In this document: piece after piece, positions 12,145-25,770 of the stretch
Layout: every line of letters begins with the position of its first letter
Numbering within the stretch: position 1 is the first letter of the stretch
Assembly (NCBI GenBank): GCA_002269645.1
Contig: NIVC01003307.1
Location: forward strand, 40,780 to 104,779
From: Macrostomum lignano
Taxonomy: Eukaryota
Length of the DNA: 64,000 nucleotides
Reading direction: 5' to 3'
The notes under the pieces: model-generated
Database searches by the model: none
What the model was told of the DNA's origin: nothing
The model's input: only the letters and a program-made list of their open reading frames with translations
Translations under genes and position numbers: made by a program

Positions 12145-12210
<66 letters not shown>
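12145..12210. repeat. (CT)n microsatellite
   Basis: Seen directly. Confidence 0.95.
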
Positions 12211-12213
<3 letters not shown>

Positions 12214-12423
12214 CTAGCAGTGTCCTTCTTCCAGTCTATGGGCCCATTCGAACCTTGACAACAAGGATCGTCTGTTTTAAAATTGGCTTAACTATTTAGG
12301 TATCTCAGAGATCTCGTAGTATAAGGTTACTGTAAATACTGCATCTAAGGGTGCATCTGTGCACCATATCTACCGTATTGGATGTCTTCTATGCTGATGC
12401 AGACTCCTGGCTAAGTGTTCAAG

Positions 12424-12865
12424 CACAATCCAGTGCTGACATCCTCAGACCACTCTGGTGTGTGTCTGAGCAGCCCTACACTGCACAATCCAGTGCTGAC
12501 ATCCTCAGACCACTCTGGTGTGTGTCTGAGCAGCCCTACACTGCACAATCCAGTGCTGACATCCTCAGACCACTCTGGTGTGTGTCTGAGCACCCTACAC
12601 TGCACAATCCAGTGCTGACATCCTCAGACCACTCTGGTGTGTGTCTGAGCAGCCCTACACTGCACAATCCAGTGCTGACATCCTCAGACCACTCTGGTGT
12701 GTGTCTGAGCAGCCCTACACTGCACAATCCAGTGCTGACATCCTCAGACCACTCTGGTGTGTGTCTGAGCAGCCCTACACTGCACAATCCAGTGCTGACA
12801 TCCTCAGACCACTCTGGTGTGTGTCTGAGCAGCCCTACACTGCACAATCCAGTGCTGACATCCTC
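12424..12865. repeat. 60-bp tandem repeat, ~7 copies
   Basis: Unit CACAATCCAGTGCTGACATCCTCAGACCACTCTGGTGTGTGTCTGAGCAGCCCTACACTG. Confidence 0.95.
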
Positions 12866-14394
12866 TCGGCCTCCTTGTTCACTGCAGCCGAAGACTTGAA
12901 GGTTTCGGGTGCTCCGAACGCTTTTAAGGAAACTAGAACTAAGAGAATCGAGACACCCAATATGCCTAGGGAATGACAGGGAGCAAGGGCACGGCTGAGA
13001 GGGTTGGGGCTTGAGCGGATTGCGTTACACAGCAAATACAAGCTAAGGCAGTAAAGAGGTGGCTGGAGTAGAGGGGGGCAAGGACTAGAGAAAGGTTGCT
13101 GCCGCCCTTCCCTCTCCGGGTCTCGGTGTCAGGTTCGGCCCCCTAGAAATTAAGTGGAATAGGAGGGCGGAGGGTGGGGTGCAGCGTAATCTGAGAAGCC
13201 GGTGTTGGCTCACTCACGGACGGGTTCAGCTCAGCGCACTCGTCTACGGAGGGGGCCCGTTGGACGCTATCCGACACTGGCGAGCTTCCGAGAGAGGGAG
13301 AGACAGGGTGTTAGCAGTGTGGCCGGCTCTGACACTCACTCTCGCTTTCCAAATTTCATAGTCTATCTTATATTAAGCTTGAGAATAGCAATAATGCTGG
13401 TTACAGGTGGTGGGAACTATGCCGACAGACAGACTAACAGCACAACCTCTTGCGCATTATATATGTATTCTCGTGTGACAGTTTTACTGGCTTCTGTATT
13501 CTAAACTAAACACGGGTGTCAAAATGCGTGGGAGAGTATACTGTGTCATGCCTCGATTTATTCTCTAGTTAGGTGTCTGCATGGCAACATGAATATTCTT
13601 ACTTGGGGCGTAGCCGAGAACACGGATGTAACCCCTGACTTTCTTATCATTTCTAACTTGTTGGGTTGGCCTTCGCGCGTGACAAGGCCACAGTTTTCAG
13701 AACCGACCCAGTGACTTTAGAGGAAGGGAGTTACCGGTATCTTTTGCACGAATTGTTTGCTCCACGCTTCCAGAAGAGATCTTTATATTAGAAAACTATT
13801 TATTCCATAGAGTAAAACAAACTCACCGATTGAGATAATTTTGCAATAAACTGCCGAACAGACAAGGCTGGTCAATGTCGATTTAGTTCCTCTTGTCCGT
13901 TAGCCTGCCCCAGCACAGCATATATCCACACACCAGCGGCGGCCTACGGTGAAGTCCTGGGCCAATGGGCGTCCCTCTCTCTCTCTCTCTGAACAGCCCC
14001 GCCCTGCCCCCCTTCTCCCTTACACAACATGTCTGCCCCTCCGGTAACCCGATCCGTCTTAGTAAGTGATAGGCCTTCAGCCTCAAAGCCACTAGCTGGC
14101 TCTGCTGGGCGGGGGAGGCATCTCCTTCCTTCCATCCCCCCAATCCCGCTAAATGATCCCATTCCCCCATCTTCCCACCAATGCGTCAGTTTCCCTTCTA
14201 ACCCTTCTCCGCTTGCGATTCTCAGTTTCTCTCCAATACGCCGCGGCCATCGCTGAGCAGCCTTCGCCTCCTGCTCCCCCCCCCCCCGACTCGAATGCCT
14301 GAGCGAGTTGAAATCCTATCTGGTTTCACTCCCCGAAGCCTGCCGTGGCCGCACCCACAGCCACCCACCTGCCACCGAGGGCACCATGCGACCG

Positions 14395-14399
<5 letters not shown>

Positions 14400-14448
<49 letters not shown>
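14400..14448. repeat. (GA)n microsatellite
   Basis: Seen directly. Confidence 0.95.
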
Positions 14449-14453
<5 letters not shown>

Positions 14454-14659
14454 CAAAGGAAAGCGCAACTTGTTAATTACAACAATAAGACGATGCCACC
14501 TGATCCCCGAGGTCGAGCTTCGAGCCTTCAGCCTCCGCAACTGCTCTGTCTGCTTTTTGCCGCTTCATCAATTCTCCATGGTCCCAAAATTAGCCGCAAA
14601 AAAAGTTAGGAAAGCACGAGAGATTATTAGCTGCGGTATTAGGGGGCAAGCGGATGAGC

Positions 14660-15208
<549 letters not shown>

Positions 15209-15579
15209 GGACTGACTGGACTACAAATTGGTTGCAAGGTTTTGCAGGACTTCGGCATTCAGTCTGTGATTCTATAGCTCGTAAGCTACTCGTATTAGGT
15301 AAAATTCGTGAAGGATATCCAGAACTAACTACTACCATATACAATGAGTAGGCAGTGACGCATAGAAAATACTCTTAAGCGTATAGCTGCTATTATATAG
15401 CATTTCATTAGTTCGCTACTGTTGTCATTACAGAACTTCTGCATGCAAGTATAACTCATTTAAGATGCAGGCCAGGACCCTCTACAGGTAGATGAACAAC
15501 TCTTGGGGCAGTTGAGTCACCGGCCACACTGCTTGACCTGTCCGCGTGGCAGCTTGAGTCAGGATTAGGAGGTGGCTGT

Positions 15580-17700
15580 TGCTGAACAACAAAACAACAA
15601 AATACGATGTCAGTCAGTTAGCAGACAGCGTCACAAGGCGCGTTTCAAGGCCTGGGCGCGAACGTAGGCCGCGCCGCCGGCAGTGTCCGGGGCGCCGGCA
15701 TCAGCCAGCAAAGGCAGTCGACGAAACGCCGAGTACACGCCTGCCCGGTGCCTGTAGCGTCAGCAGCAGCACCTCCTGCACCGGCTGTGGGCAGTATGAC
15801 TCGGCGCAGATGATGTGGCCTGCCAGCTGGAGTCACCGACGGCGCAACAGTTCGCTGGGACGGGACAGGCCGGTTCGGCGATAGAGTGCCTCATTGGTGA
15901 CTCGCTCGTAGCCGATCTAGCCGCAACGCTCACCAGCCGGTCCAGCTGGCGTTGGGCGCCCTCGACGGTCGAGGACAGCAGGGCGAGATTATCGGCCTAG
16001 CCCAAAACGCTAAGCCGCCTTTCCGGTTGACCCGGCGTCGACCCACGCGTCGCAGCTCGACTGGCGGGTCCGCGCTTCCTCGATGACTCGGTGAAGAGCC
16101 AGGATCTGCGTCACTGTGCCACGATGGGGCCGGAAGCCGTTCTGCTCAGGACGCAGGTACGGGTCCAGCACGGGCTGCAACCGCGATAACAGCATCCGGT
16201 TGAACAGCTTCGCAGCGCAGGACTGAAAGCAGATACCTCGGTGCTCCTCAAGCCGCGTGGTGCACGGTTTCTTCGGAATAGCGACGATGTGCGCCGTGGT
16301 CCATTCGTTGGGTGCCGCCTCAACGAAAAACACGTGGTTCATCACACTGGCGACCTCGCTGGCCACACAGTGGAGTCGCAGCGCATCGATGGGCACCTCG
16401 TCCGGACCCAGCGCTTTCCCGCTCGGTGATTGTTGGGCAAGCCTCACAACGTCGGCTGTGCTGACTGGCGCTACATTAAAACTCTCCTCTGCCGGCAACG
16501 GCGTCTCCGGTGGCAGCCTCAGATCGTTTGGCAGCGGGGGCGACGGCGCGCTGACGATGGCGGTGAAGAACTTGAGCGGGCAAGGTTGAGCGGGATGCGC
16601 AGCTTCCGCCCGGTCAGAGCATTGATGGCGGACCAGGCCACGCGCTCTTTAGCGTCGGGTCCAGCGGAGGTGACAGCCTGGATGGCGTCATCCACAGCGC
16701 CCTGTTGCCGCTGCAGGTAGACAGCCGCCAGAGCCTCCTCCGCCTCGCGAGTTGGCCGCCTGCTCAGACGGAGCCTCTCCAGCTCTGCCCTCGCTTGCCG
16801 GATCGCAGGGTCGTCCCGCCAGACCGACTGTCTATGTTGGGCCGGTTGCATGAGTGGGACGGTGCTCACGAAGACGCACAAGCACGTGGTCGAGCTGTGC
16901 CTGCCTCCGCGTTTCTTTCTCCGCTTGCAGCCCACGAAGGTCGCGAGCCTGCCGGGTGGCTTGCGCAACCGGGTGTTGGCCGACACCATGTCCTGCCTCT
17001 CCAGGAAGTCTTCCAGCGCTCCGGTGTTTCCGTTCTCGCGCGGTGTCACAAACAGCGACCGCTCGGACCTACGCAAAACCGCGTTCAGGTCTCCGAGGAC
17101 GACCACTGTGTCACGCTGCGCCGTCTCCTCCACCTGGGCCGAGAGCTGCTCGAAGAAGACTTGAGCCTCGTCAGGTCGGGTGGCAGGAGGCGCATACGCG
17201 CAGAACAGGCGAGCGTTCCGGCCGCGAAGCCGGGCGTCGACCGAGGCTGCTGCAGCCTCGGTCCGATCAGCGCTCCAATTCCTCCACGGCCTCGTTGGTC
17301 CGCCGACGTGTACCAGAGGGTCCAGCCGGCGCCTAGGTCCTCACAGTGAATTCCCGGGTCGGCCCTGATGGACACCTCTTGCAGCGAGATGACATCGCAT
17401 CTGAGGTCGAGCGCTAGCTGCGGCAGCAGCCCTCTCCGCCAGGCGGCCTTGAGAGTGCGGCAGTTCAGCGTCCCGACCCGAAGCGTGCCTTTTGTTACGG
17501 CTGGGGCTTGATGACAGTGAGCCTCACGGTCCCCGGCGCCACCCGGAAGATCCGATTGGCTAAGTAAGGCAGCAGCTCGACGGGCGGAACCACGTTGCCG
17601 ACCTCGCCGGTTTCGCTTACGCCGACGTTCAACTCACCGGCGCTCGCTTCGCTGCCCTCTCTTGGTCTTGGCACTGTTGGCCGCCGAGGTGCCGAGGTGC
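15580..17700 (-). mobile_element. Degenerate, internally deleted RTE-like LINE (APE endonuclease plus RT fragments)
   Basis: Minus strand: VGTLNCRTL...DVISLQEV (APE, ~17380-17480); VVLGDLNA; ALGPDEVP...IVAIPKK...RGI...KLFNRMLLSRL...EQNGFRPHRGT (RT); (Y)ADNLALL and a C-terminal AGHII.AE.YCP.PVQ.VLLLTL segment homologous to 6383-7357. (TTGTT)-like tail near 15585-15602; stops and frameshifts. Confidence 0.85.
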
Positions 17701-17834
17701 AAATATAATAAGTCTGAGTCTAATAACTATAATAAATATAATAATACGACGTAAGTTGCTGAGCATAGCAGAGTCGCTGAGGAGGACCCCCAATATTCGA
17801 TGTTTTGGTATTAGTTAAATATCTCGTCAAATCC

Positions 17835-18304
17835 GGAGTCAGGGTGGTGCCTAATCGGGAGTCAGGGCGTGCCTAATCGGGAGTCAGGGCGTGCCTAATC
17901 GGGAGTCAGGGCGTGCCTAATCGGGAGTCAGGGCGTGCCTAATCGGGAGTCAGGGTGTGCCTAATCGGGAGTCAGGGCGTGCCTAATCGGGAGTCAGGGT
18001 GTGCCTAATCGGGAGTCAGGGCGTGCCTAATCGGGAGTCAGGGCGTGCCTAATCGGGAGTCAGGGCGTGCCTAATCGGGAGTCAGGGCGTGCCTAATCGG
18101 GAGTCAGGGCGTGCCTAATCGGGAGTCAGGGCGTGCCTAATCGGGAGTCAGGGCGTGCCTAATCGGGAGTCAGGGTGTGCCTAATCGGGAGTCAGGGCGT
18201 GCCTAATCGGGAGTCAGGGCGTGCCTAATCGGGAGTCAGGGTGTGCCTAATCGGGAGTCAGGGTGTGCCTAATCGGGAGTCAGGGCGTGCCTAATCGGGA
18301 GTCA
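17835..18304. repeat. 22-bp tandem repeat (GTGCCTAATCGGGAGTCAGGGC)n, ~21 copies
   Basis: Direct periodicity. Confidence 0.95.
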
Positions 18305-18648
18305 CGAAAAAATCTTTGCGCAGGTAGGAGACGAAAAAAGCCGCTAAAAGCACGATAGCACTCGACCAATTAGCCAATTACGTAAACAGGAAAATTGTCG
18401 GAGCAGCAAGGACGGCCAATTTGAGGAAATAAAACAAAAAAGTGATTTATTCGACAAAATAGTCTTTGACAAGAAAAAACTGCTAGAAAAGAGAAATTCT
18501 GACTAAATTGCCGCTAATTGCTGAAGAAATTATTTTTCCCAGCTGCTCAAAACCTCAATTTTCCAAATTGCCGCAATCACAATTTTCACTCAGGGATTTC
18601 TTTATAAATGCGGGACCGAAGGCCATTGCCGGCTGATTATGAAACGCG

Positions 18649-20676
18649 ATGCTCTGCCAAGCCCTGTTGCTGCTCATAGCGGCCGCTGCCGTCCGGTGCT
18701 GCGACACGGACGCCTGCACCGAGGACGGCGCCGCCATGCTGCTGAAGATGAACCGCTCCGCCGACCCGTGCTCCGATTTTTACAGCTACGCCTGCGGCGG
18801 CTTCAGCTCGGCGGCGGGCGCGGCCGGCCACTACGCCGGCCTGGACGGGCCGGGCTCGGCCGGCTCCGCCTACACCGACACCAGCCTGCAGCTGGGCGCC
18901 CAGACTGAGGCCCGGCTGTTCCGCCTGGTCACCGACTTGGCGACAGACGGCGGCGATTCCGGGGCTCCGGCCGCTGCCAGGCTGGTTGGCGCCACCTTCG
19001 CCAGCTGCCGGTCCTGGCACCGGAGCTCGGTTGCTAAGCAACGCGAGAGTCTGAGGTCGCTGCTGCATCGGCTGGCCCGGAACCGGCGCGAGTCGGGCAG
19101 CCTCGAGCAGCTGCTGGCCGCTCACGCCAGGTCAGGCTTCACCGGCCCGTTCCGCCTGGAGACAGGAGATTCTGGAGCCGGCTTCATCCGCCAGAGACGC
19201 TTCGGCTACGCCGGCAATTCGGCTGAACTCCGGCGCGCCCTGCGCCTGCTCCGCGGCGCCGGCTTTCCTGCGCGCAGCGCCATCGTCGCCAGCGCTGTGG
19301 CTGTCGATGTCGCCGAATTAATCGACACTGTCGAGCCCAAGGCACCGACAAAAAACGACGGCGAGATGTCAAGCAGCACCCTGGCTGAGCTGGACACGGC
19401 CTCCGCCTTCAACTGGACGATGTACGTGCGTCACCTGTTTAAGAAGATGAAGCTCCAGCTTCCGGAATCGTTCGAGCTGATGCATCACCGACTAAAGGGA
19501 CTCGAAGCTCTGCTGAAGCATCTCGGCAAACTGCCAATCGCCCAGGTGCAAGCCTTCCTCACCCTGGATGCCGTAGTGGAGCTGCAGGGCAGCCTGCTCA
19601 ACCTACACCAGCACCAGCACACTGACGACAGCCCCAGCCCCAGCCCCAGCTCCATGTCCAGCTCTAACAGCCAGCAGTTGTACATCAGGCGGCAGTGCCT
19701 GCACCTGGTGAAGCAGCTGCTCGGACCCGCCGTGGCGCATTTCTATCACCAGCGCTACCTGACCTCGGCCGCTCTGCCCACCGCGGCCAACGTTGCCGAC
19801 AACATTCGCTCGTCTATGGCCGAACTCGCGCTGGAATCCCCGGCGCTCGGCTCTGCGGCGGAGCGAGCTCGCGTGGCTGAGAAGCTGCACTCAACCCCCG
19901 TGTATCTGGGCTACGGCCGCCAGAGCTGGGGCCTGTCCGATCCGTCGGCACGGGAGGTCATCCGTCGGGTCCGATCCCGCAATGGCGCCCTGGAGGCCGC
20001 GGCGCTGGGCCTGGCGCTAGAATCCCGCGCTAGACAGAGGCTGGACTCGCTGTTGAGCTGCAGCAGGGGAGCGGAGGACCCGATCGAGCGCATGGACCCG
20101 TTCATCGCCAATGCGTACACTCTGAGCACTGCAAGCCAGGAGCGGTTCAGCGTCATCTTGCTGCCTCTGTCCTTGCTGCAGTCTCCCGCCTATCGACCCG
20201 ACTATCCGGCCTTCTCCATCTACGGCGGCCTGGGTCTCCAGCTGGGGCACGAGCTCGGGCACTCCCTGGCCAACTACGCTAAGCTGGAGCGACGAAATGG
20301 CGAATGTCGAAACGGCGGCGCAACCCGATGGGAGCGCCTGGCCGACTGGCTGGGCCTGAGGGCCGCGCACCGGGCCTACCGGACGCGGACACTCGTTGCT
20401 AAGGACGCCGTGCCCGCTGTCATGACAGCCGGTGGCGCCGGTTCAGGCAACGCAGCCGAGCGCCTGTTTTTTGTTCGCGCGGCCCAGGACTTCTGCGCCT
20501 GGGGCTCCGGCGCCGCGGAGGGCGCCGTGTTTAAAGCCGACGCTGAGCATCCGACCGCGAGCCGGCGGGTGAACGGCATGCTGAAGGACTCCGTGGAGTT
20601 CGGCCGGGCGTTCCGCTGCCCGGCTGGGAGCCCGATGAGGCCCGCTAAGAGACGGCAGCTGCTGGAGACCTGCTGA
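18649..20676 (+). CDS. Secreted M13-family (neprilysin/ECE-like) zinc metallopeptidase, 675 aa, intronless
   Basis: Hydrophobic N-terminal signal-like stretch; DPCSDFYSYACGG; ANAY; HELGH zinc motif; ERLAD (ExxxD); EHPT...RVNG; FRCPAGSPMRP. Confidence 0.88.
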   Translation: MLCQALLLLIAAAAVRCCDTDACTEDGAAMLLKMNRSADPCSDFYSYACGGFSSAAGAAGHYAGLDGPGSAGSAYTDTSLQLGAQTEARLFRLVTDLATDGGDSGAPAAARLVGATFASCRSWHRSSVAKQRESLRSLLHRLARNRRESGSLEQLLAAHARSGFTGPFRLETGDSGAGFIRQRRFGYAGNSAELRRALRLLRGAGFPARSAIVASAVAVDVAELIDTVEPKAPTKNDGEMSSSTLAELDTASAFNWTMYVRHLFKKMKLQLPESFELMHHRLKGLEALLKHLGKLPIAQVQAFLTLDAVVELQGSLLNLHQHQHTDDSPSPSPSSMSSSNSQQLYIRRQCLHLVKQLLGPAVAHFYHQRYLTSAALPTAANVADNIRSSMAELALESPALGSAAERARVAEKLHSTPVYLGYGRQSWGLSDPSAREVIRRVRSRNGALEAAALGLALESRARQRLDSLLSCSRGAEDPIERMDPFIANAYTLSTASQERFSVILLPLSLLQSPAYRPDYPAFSIYGGLGLQLGHELGHSLANYAKLERRNGECRNGGATRWERLADWLGLRAAHRAYRTRTLVAKDAVPAVMTAGGAGSGNAAERLFFVRAAQDFCAWGSGAAEGAVFKADAEHPTASRRVNGMLKDSVEFGRAFRCPAGSPMRPAKRRQLLETC

Positions 20677-20919
20677 TGAGGCGCTGCCCAATCGCCCAGC
20701 CTCTCTGAGCTTTTGAAACTGCGTTGGACGAAACGGAGACTTTTACTGTTGTTGTATTTGATGGCTTGTTGCTTCTGCCTCTGTTGTTGTTTTGTTGTTC
20801 CGTCTGTCGGAAAGTTGCTTAGTCGATTTGTTAGCACATTTTTTGGTCCTTTCAGTTGCTTCTGGACTTCCGTTGCTTTTTGCACTTCTCCAATTTTTCT
20901 TGATAAAGGCTGTTTACTG

Positions 20920-23900
20920 ATGAAGATTATTGATTGCTGAAGATTATTGATTGGTGAAGATTATTGATTGGTGAAGATTATTGATTGGTGAAGATTATTG
21001 ATTGGTGAAGATTATTGATTGCTGAAGATTATTGATTGGTGAAGATTATTGATTGGTGAAGATTATTAATTGCTGAAGATTATTGATTGGTGAAGATTAT
21101 TGATTGGTGAAGATTATCGATTGATTAAGATTATTGATTGCTGAAGATTATTGATTGGTGAAGATTATCGATTGATTAAGATTATTGATTGCTGAAGATT
21201 ATTGATTGGTGAAGATTATCGATTGATTAAGATTATTGATTGCTGAAGATTATTGATTGGTGAAGATTATCGATTGATTAAGATTATTGATTGGTGAAGA
21301 TTATTGATTGCTGAAGATTATTGATTGCTAAAGATTATCGATTGGTGAAGATTATTGATTGGTGAAGATTATTGATTGGTGAAGATTATTGATTGGTGAA
21401 GATTATTGATTGGTGAAGATTATTGATTGATGAAGATTATTGATTGATGAATATTATTGATTGATGAAGATTATTGATTGATTATGATTATTGATTGATG
21501 AAGATTATTGATTGGTGAAAATTATTATTTGGTGAAGATTATCGATTGGTGAAGATTATCGATTGGTGAAGATTATTGATTGCTGAAGATTATTGATTGG
21601 TGAAGATTATTGATTGGTGAAGATTACCGATTGCTGAAGATTATTGATTGATTATGATTATTGATTGATGAAGATTATTGATTGGTGAAGATTATTGATT
21701 GGTGAAGATTACCGATTGCTGAAGATTATTGATTGATTATGATTATTGATTGATGAAGATTATTGATTGCTGAAGATTATTAATTGGTGAAGATTATTGA
21801 TTGGTGAAGATTATTGATTGGTGAAGATTATTGATTGCTGAAGGGTATTGATTGGTGAAGATTATTGATTAATGAAGATTATTGATTGGTGAAGATTATT
21901 GATTGATGAAGATTATTGATTGCTGAAGATTATTGATTGCTGAAGATTATTGATTGCTGAAGATTATTGATTGGTGAAGATTATTGATTGGTGAAGATTA
22001 TTGATTGCTGAAGATTATTGATTGCTGAAGATTATTGATTGCTGAAGATTATTGATTGCTGAAGATTATTGATTGGAGAAGATTATTAATTGGTGAAGAT
22101 TATTGATTGATGAAGATTATTGATTGATTATGATTATTGATTGCTGAAGATTATTGATTAGTGAAGATTATTGATTGGTGAAGATTATTGATTGGTGAAG
22201 ATTATTGATTGGTGAAGATTATTGATTGCTGAAGATTATTGATTGGTGAAGATTATTGATTGGTGAAGATTACCGATTGCTGAAGATTATTGATTGATTA
22301 TGATTATTGATTGATGAAGATTATTGATTGGTGAAGATTATTGATTGGTGAAGATTACCGATTGCTGAAGATTATTGATTGATTATGATTATTGATTGAT
22401 GAAGATTATTGATTGCTGAAGATTATTAATTGGTGAAGATTATTGATTGGTGAAGATTATTGATTGGTGAAGATTATTGATTGCTGAAGGGTATTGATTG
22501 GTGAAGATTATTGATTAATGAAGATTATTGATTGGTGAAGATTATTGATTGATGAAGATTATTGATTGCTGAAGATTATTGATTGCTGAAGATTATTGAT
22601 TGCTGAAGATTATTGATTGGTGAAGATTATTGATTGGTGAAGATTATTGATTGCTGAAGATTATTGATTGCTGAAGATTATTGATTGCTGAAGATTATTG
22701 ATTGCTGAAGATTATTGATTGGAGAAGATTATTAATTGGTGAAGATTATTGATTGATGAAGATTATTGATTGATTATGATTATTGATTGCTGAAGATTAT
22801 TGATTAGTGAAGATTATTGATTGGTGAAGATTATTGATTGGTGAAGATTATTGATTGGTGAAGATTATTGATTGATGAAGATTATTGATTGATTATGATT
22901 ATTGATTGGTGAAGATTATTGATTGGTGAAGATTATTGATTGGTGAAGATTATTGATTGGTGAAGATTATTGATTGGTGAAGATTATTGATTGGTGAAGA
23001 TTATTGATTGATGAAGATTATTGATTGATTATGATTATTGATTGGTGAAGATTATTGATTGGTGAAGATTATTGATTGGTGAAGATTATTGATTGGTGAA
23101 GATTATTGATTGGTGAAGATTATTGATTGCTGAAGATTATTAATTGGTGAAGATTATTGATTGGCGAAGATTATTGATTGGTGAAGATTATTGATTGCTG
23201 AAGGGTATTGATTGGTGAAGATTATTGATTAATGAAGATTATTGATTGGTGAAGATTATTGATTGGTGAAGATTATTGATTGCTGAAGATTATTGATTGC
23301 TGAAGATTATTGATTGGTGAAGATTATTGATTGGTGAAGATTATTGATTGCTGAAGATTATTGATTGGTGAAGATTATTGATTGCTGAAGATTATTGATT
23401 GCTGAAGATTATTGATTGCTGAAGATTATTGATTGCTGAAGATTATTGATTGGAGAAGATTATTAATTGGTGAAGATTATTGATTGATGAAGATTATTGA
23501 TTGATTATGATTATTGATTGCTGAAGATTATTGATTAGTGAAGATTATTGATTGGTGAAGATTATTGATTGGTGAAGATTATTGATTGGTGAAGATTATT
23601 GATTGGTGAAGATTATTGATTGGTGAAGATTATTGATTGATGAAGATTATTGATTGATTATGATTATTGATTGGTGAAGATTATTGATTGGTGAAGATTA
23701 TTGATTGGTGAAGATTATCGATTGGTGAAGATTATTGATTGGTGAAGATTATTGATTGGTGAAGATTATTGATTGATGAAGATTATTGATTCATTATGAT
23801 TATTGATTGGTGAAGATTATTGATTGGTGAAGATTATTGATTGGTGAAGATTATTGATTGATGAAGATTATTGATTGATGAATATTATTGATTGATGAAG

Positions 23901-25770
23901 ATTATTGATTTATTATGATTATTGATTGATGAAGATTATTGATTGGTGAAAATTATTATTTGGTGAAGATTATCGATTGGTGAAGATTATTGATTGGTGA
24001 AGATTATTGATTGGTGAAGATTATCGATTGGTGAAGATTATTGATTGCTGAAGATTATTGATTGGTGAAGATTATTGATTGGTGAAGATTACCGATTGCT
24101 GAAGATTATTGATTGATTATGATTATTGATTGATGAAGATTATTGATTGGTGAAGATTATTGATTGGTGAAGATTACCGATTGCTGAAGATTATTGATTG
24201 ATTATGATTATTGATTGATGAAGATTATTGATTGCTGAAGATTATTAATTGGTGAAGATTATTGATTGGTGAAGATTATTGATTGGTGAAGATTATTGAT
24301 TGCTGAAGGGTATTGATTGGTGAAGATTATTGATTAATGAAGATTATTGATTGGTGAAGATTATTGATTGGTGAAGATTATTGATTGATGAAGATTATTG
24401 ATTGCTGAAGATTATTGATTGCTGAAGATTATTGATTGCTGAAGATTATTGATTGGTGAAGATTATTGATTGGTGAAGATTATTGATTGCTGAAGATTAT
24501 TGATTGCTGAAGATTATTGATTGCTGAAGATTATTGATTGCTGAAGATTATTGATTGGAGAAGATTATTAATTGGTGAAGATTATTGATTGATGAAGATT
24601 ATTGATTGATTATGATTATTGATTGCTGAAGATTATTGATTAGTGAAGATTATTGATTGGTGAAGATTATTGATTGGTGAAGATTATTGATTGGTGAAGA
24701 TTATTGATTGATGAAGATTATTGATTGATTATGATTATTGATTGGTGAAGATTATTGATTGGTGAAGATTATTGATTGGTGAAGATTATTGATTGGTGAA
24801 GATTATTGATTGGTGAAGATTATTGATTGGTGAAGATTATTGATTGATGAAGATTATTGATTGATTATGATTATTGATTGGTGAAGATTATTGATTGGTG
24901 AAGATTATTGATTGGTGAAGATTATTGATTGGTGAAGATTATTGATTGGTGAAGATTATTGATTGGTGAAGATTATTGATTGATGAAGATTATTGATTGA
25001 TTATGATTATTGATTGGTGAAGATTATTGATTGGTGAAGATTATTGATTGGTGAAGATTATTGATTGGTGAAGATTATTGATTGATGAAGATTATTGATT
25101 GCTGAAGATTATTGATTGCTGAAGATTATTGATTGCTGAAGATTATTGATTGCTGAAGATTATTGATTGGTGAAGATTATTGATTGGTGAAGATTATTGA
25201 TTGCTGAAGATTATTGATTGCTGAAGATTATTGATTGCTGAAGATTATTGATTGCTGAAGATTATTGATTGGTGAAGATTATTGATTGGTGAAGATTATT
25301 GATTGATGAAGATTATTGATTGATTATGATTATTGATTGGTGAAGATTATTGATTGGTGAAGATTATTGATTGGTGAAGATTATCGATTGGTGAAGATTA
25401 TTGATTGGTGAAGATTATTGATTGGTGAAGATTATTGATTGATGAAGATTATTGATTCATTATGATTATTGATTGGTGAAGATTATTGATTGGTGAAGAT
25501 TATTGATTGGTGAAGATTATTGATTGGTGAAGATTATTGATTGGTGAAGATTATTGATTGATGAAGATTATTGATTGGTGAAGATTATTGATTGGTGAAG
25601 ATTATTGATTGGTGAAGATTATTGATTGCTGAAGATTATTGATTGGTGAAGATTATTGATTGGTGAAGATTATTGATTGGTGAAGATTATTGATTGCTGA
25701 AGATTATTGATTGGTGAAGATTATTGATTGGTGAAGATTATTGATTGATTATGATTATTGATTGCTGAAG
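20920..25770. repeat. 17-bp AT-rich satellite (GAAGATTATTGATTGGT)n, ~285 copies, with higher-order blocks
   Basis: 17-bp period; rare variant monomers recur at multiples of 17 bp (646, 714/731, 1105). Confidence 0.97.

Noticed and set aside
11740-14290. GC-richer patches upstream of SOBP as an LTR or other TE
   Set aside because: No paired LTRs, TIRs, TSD or TE protein motifs could be identified.
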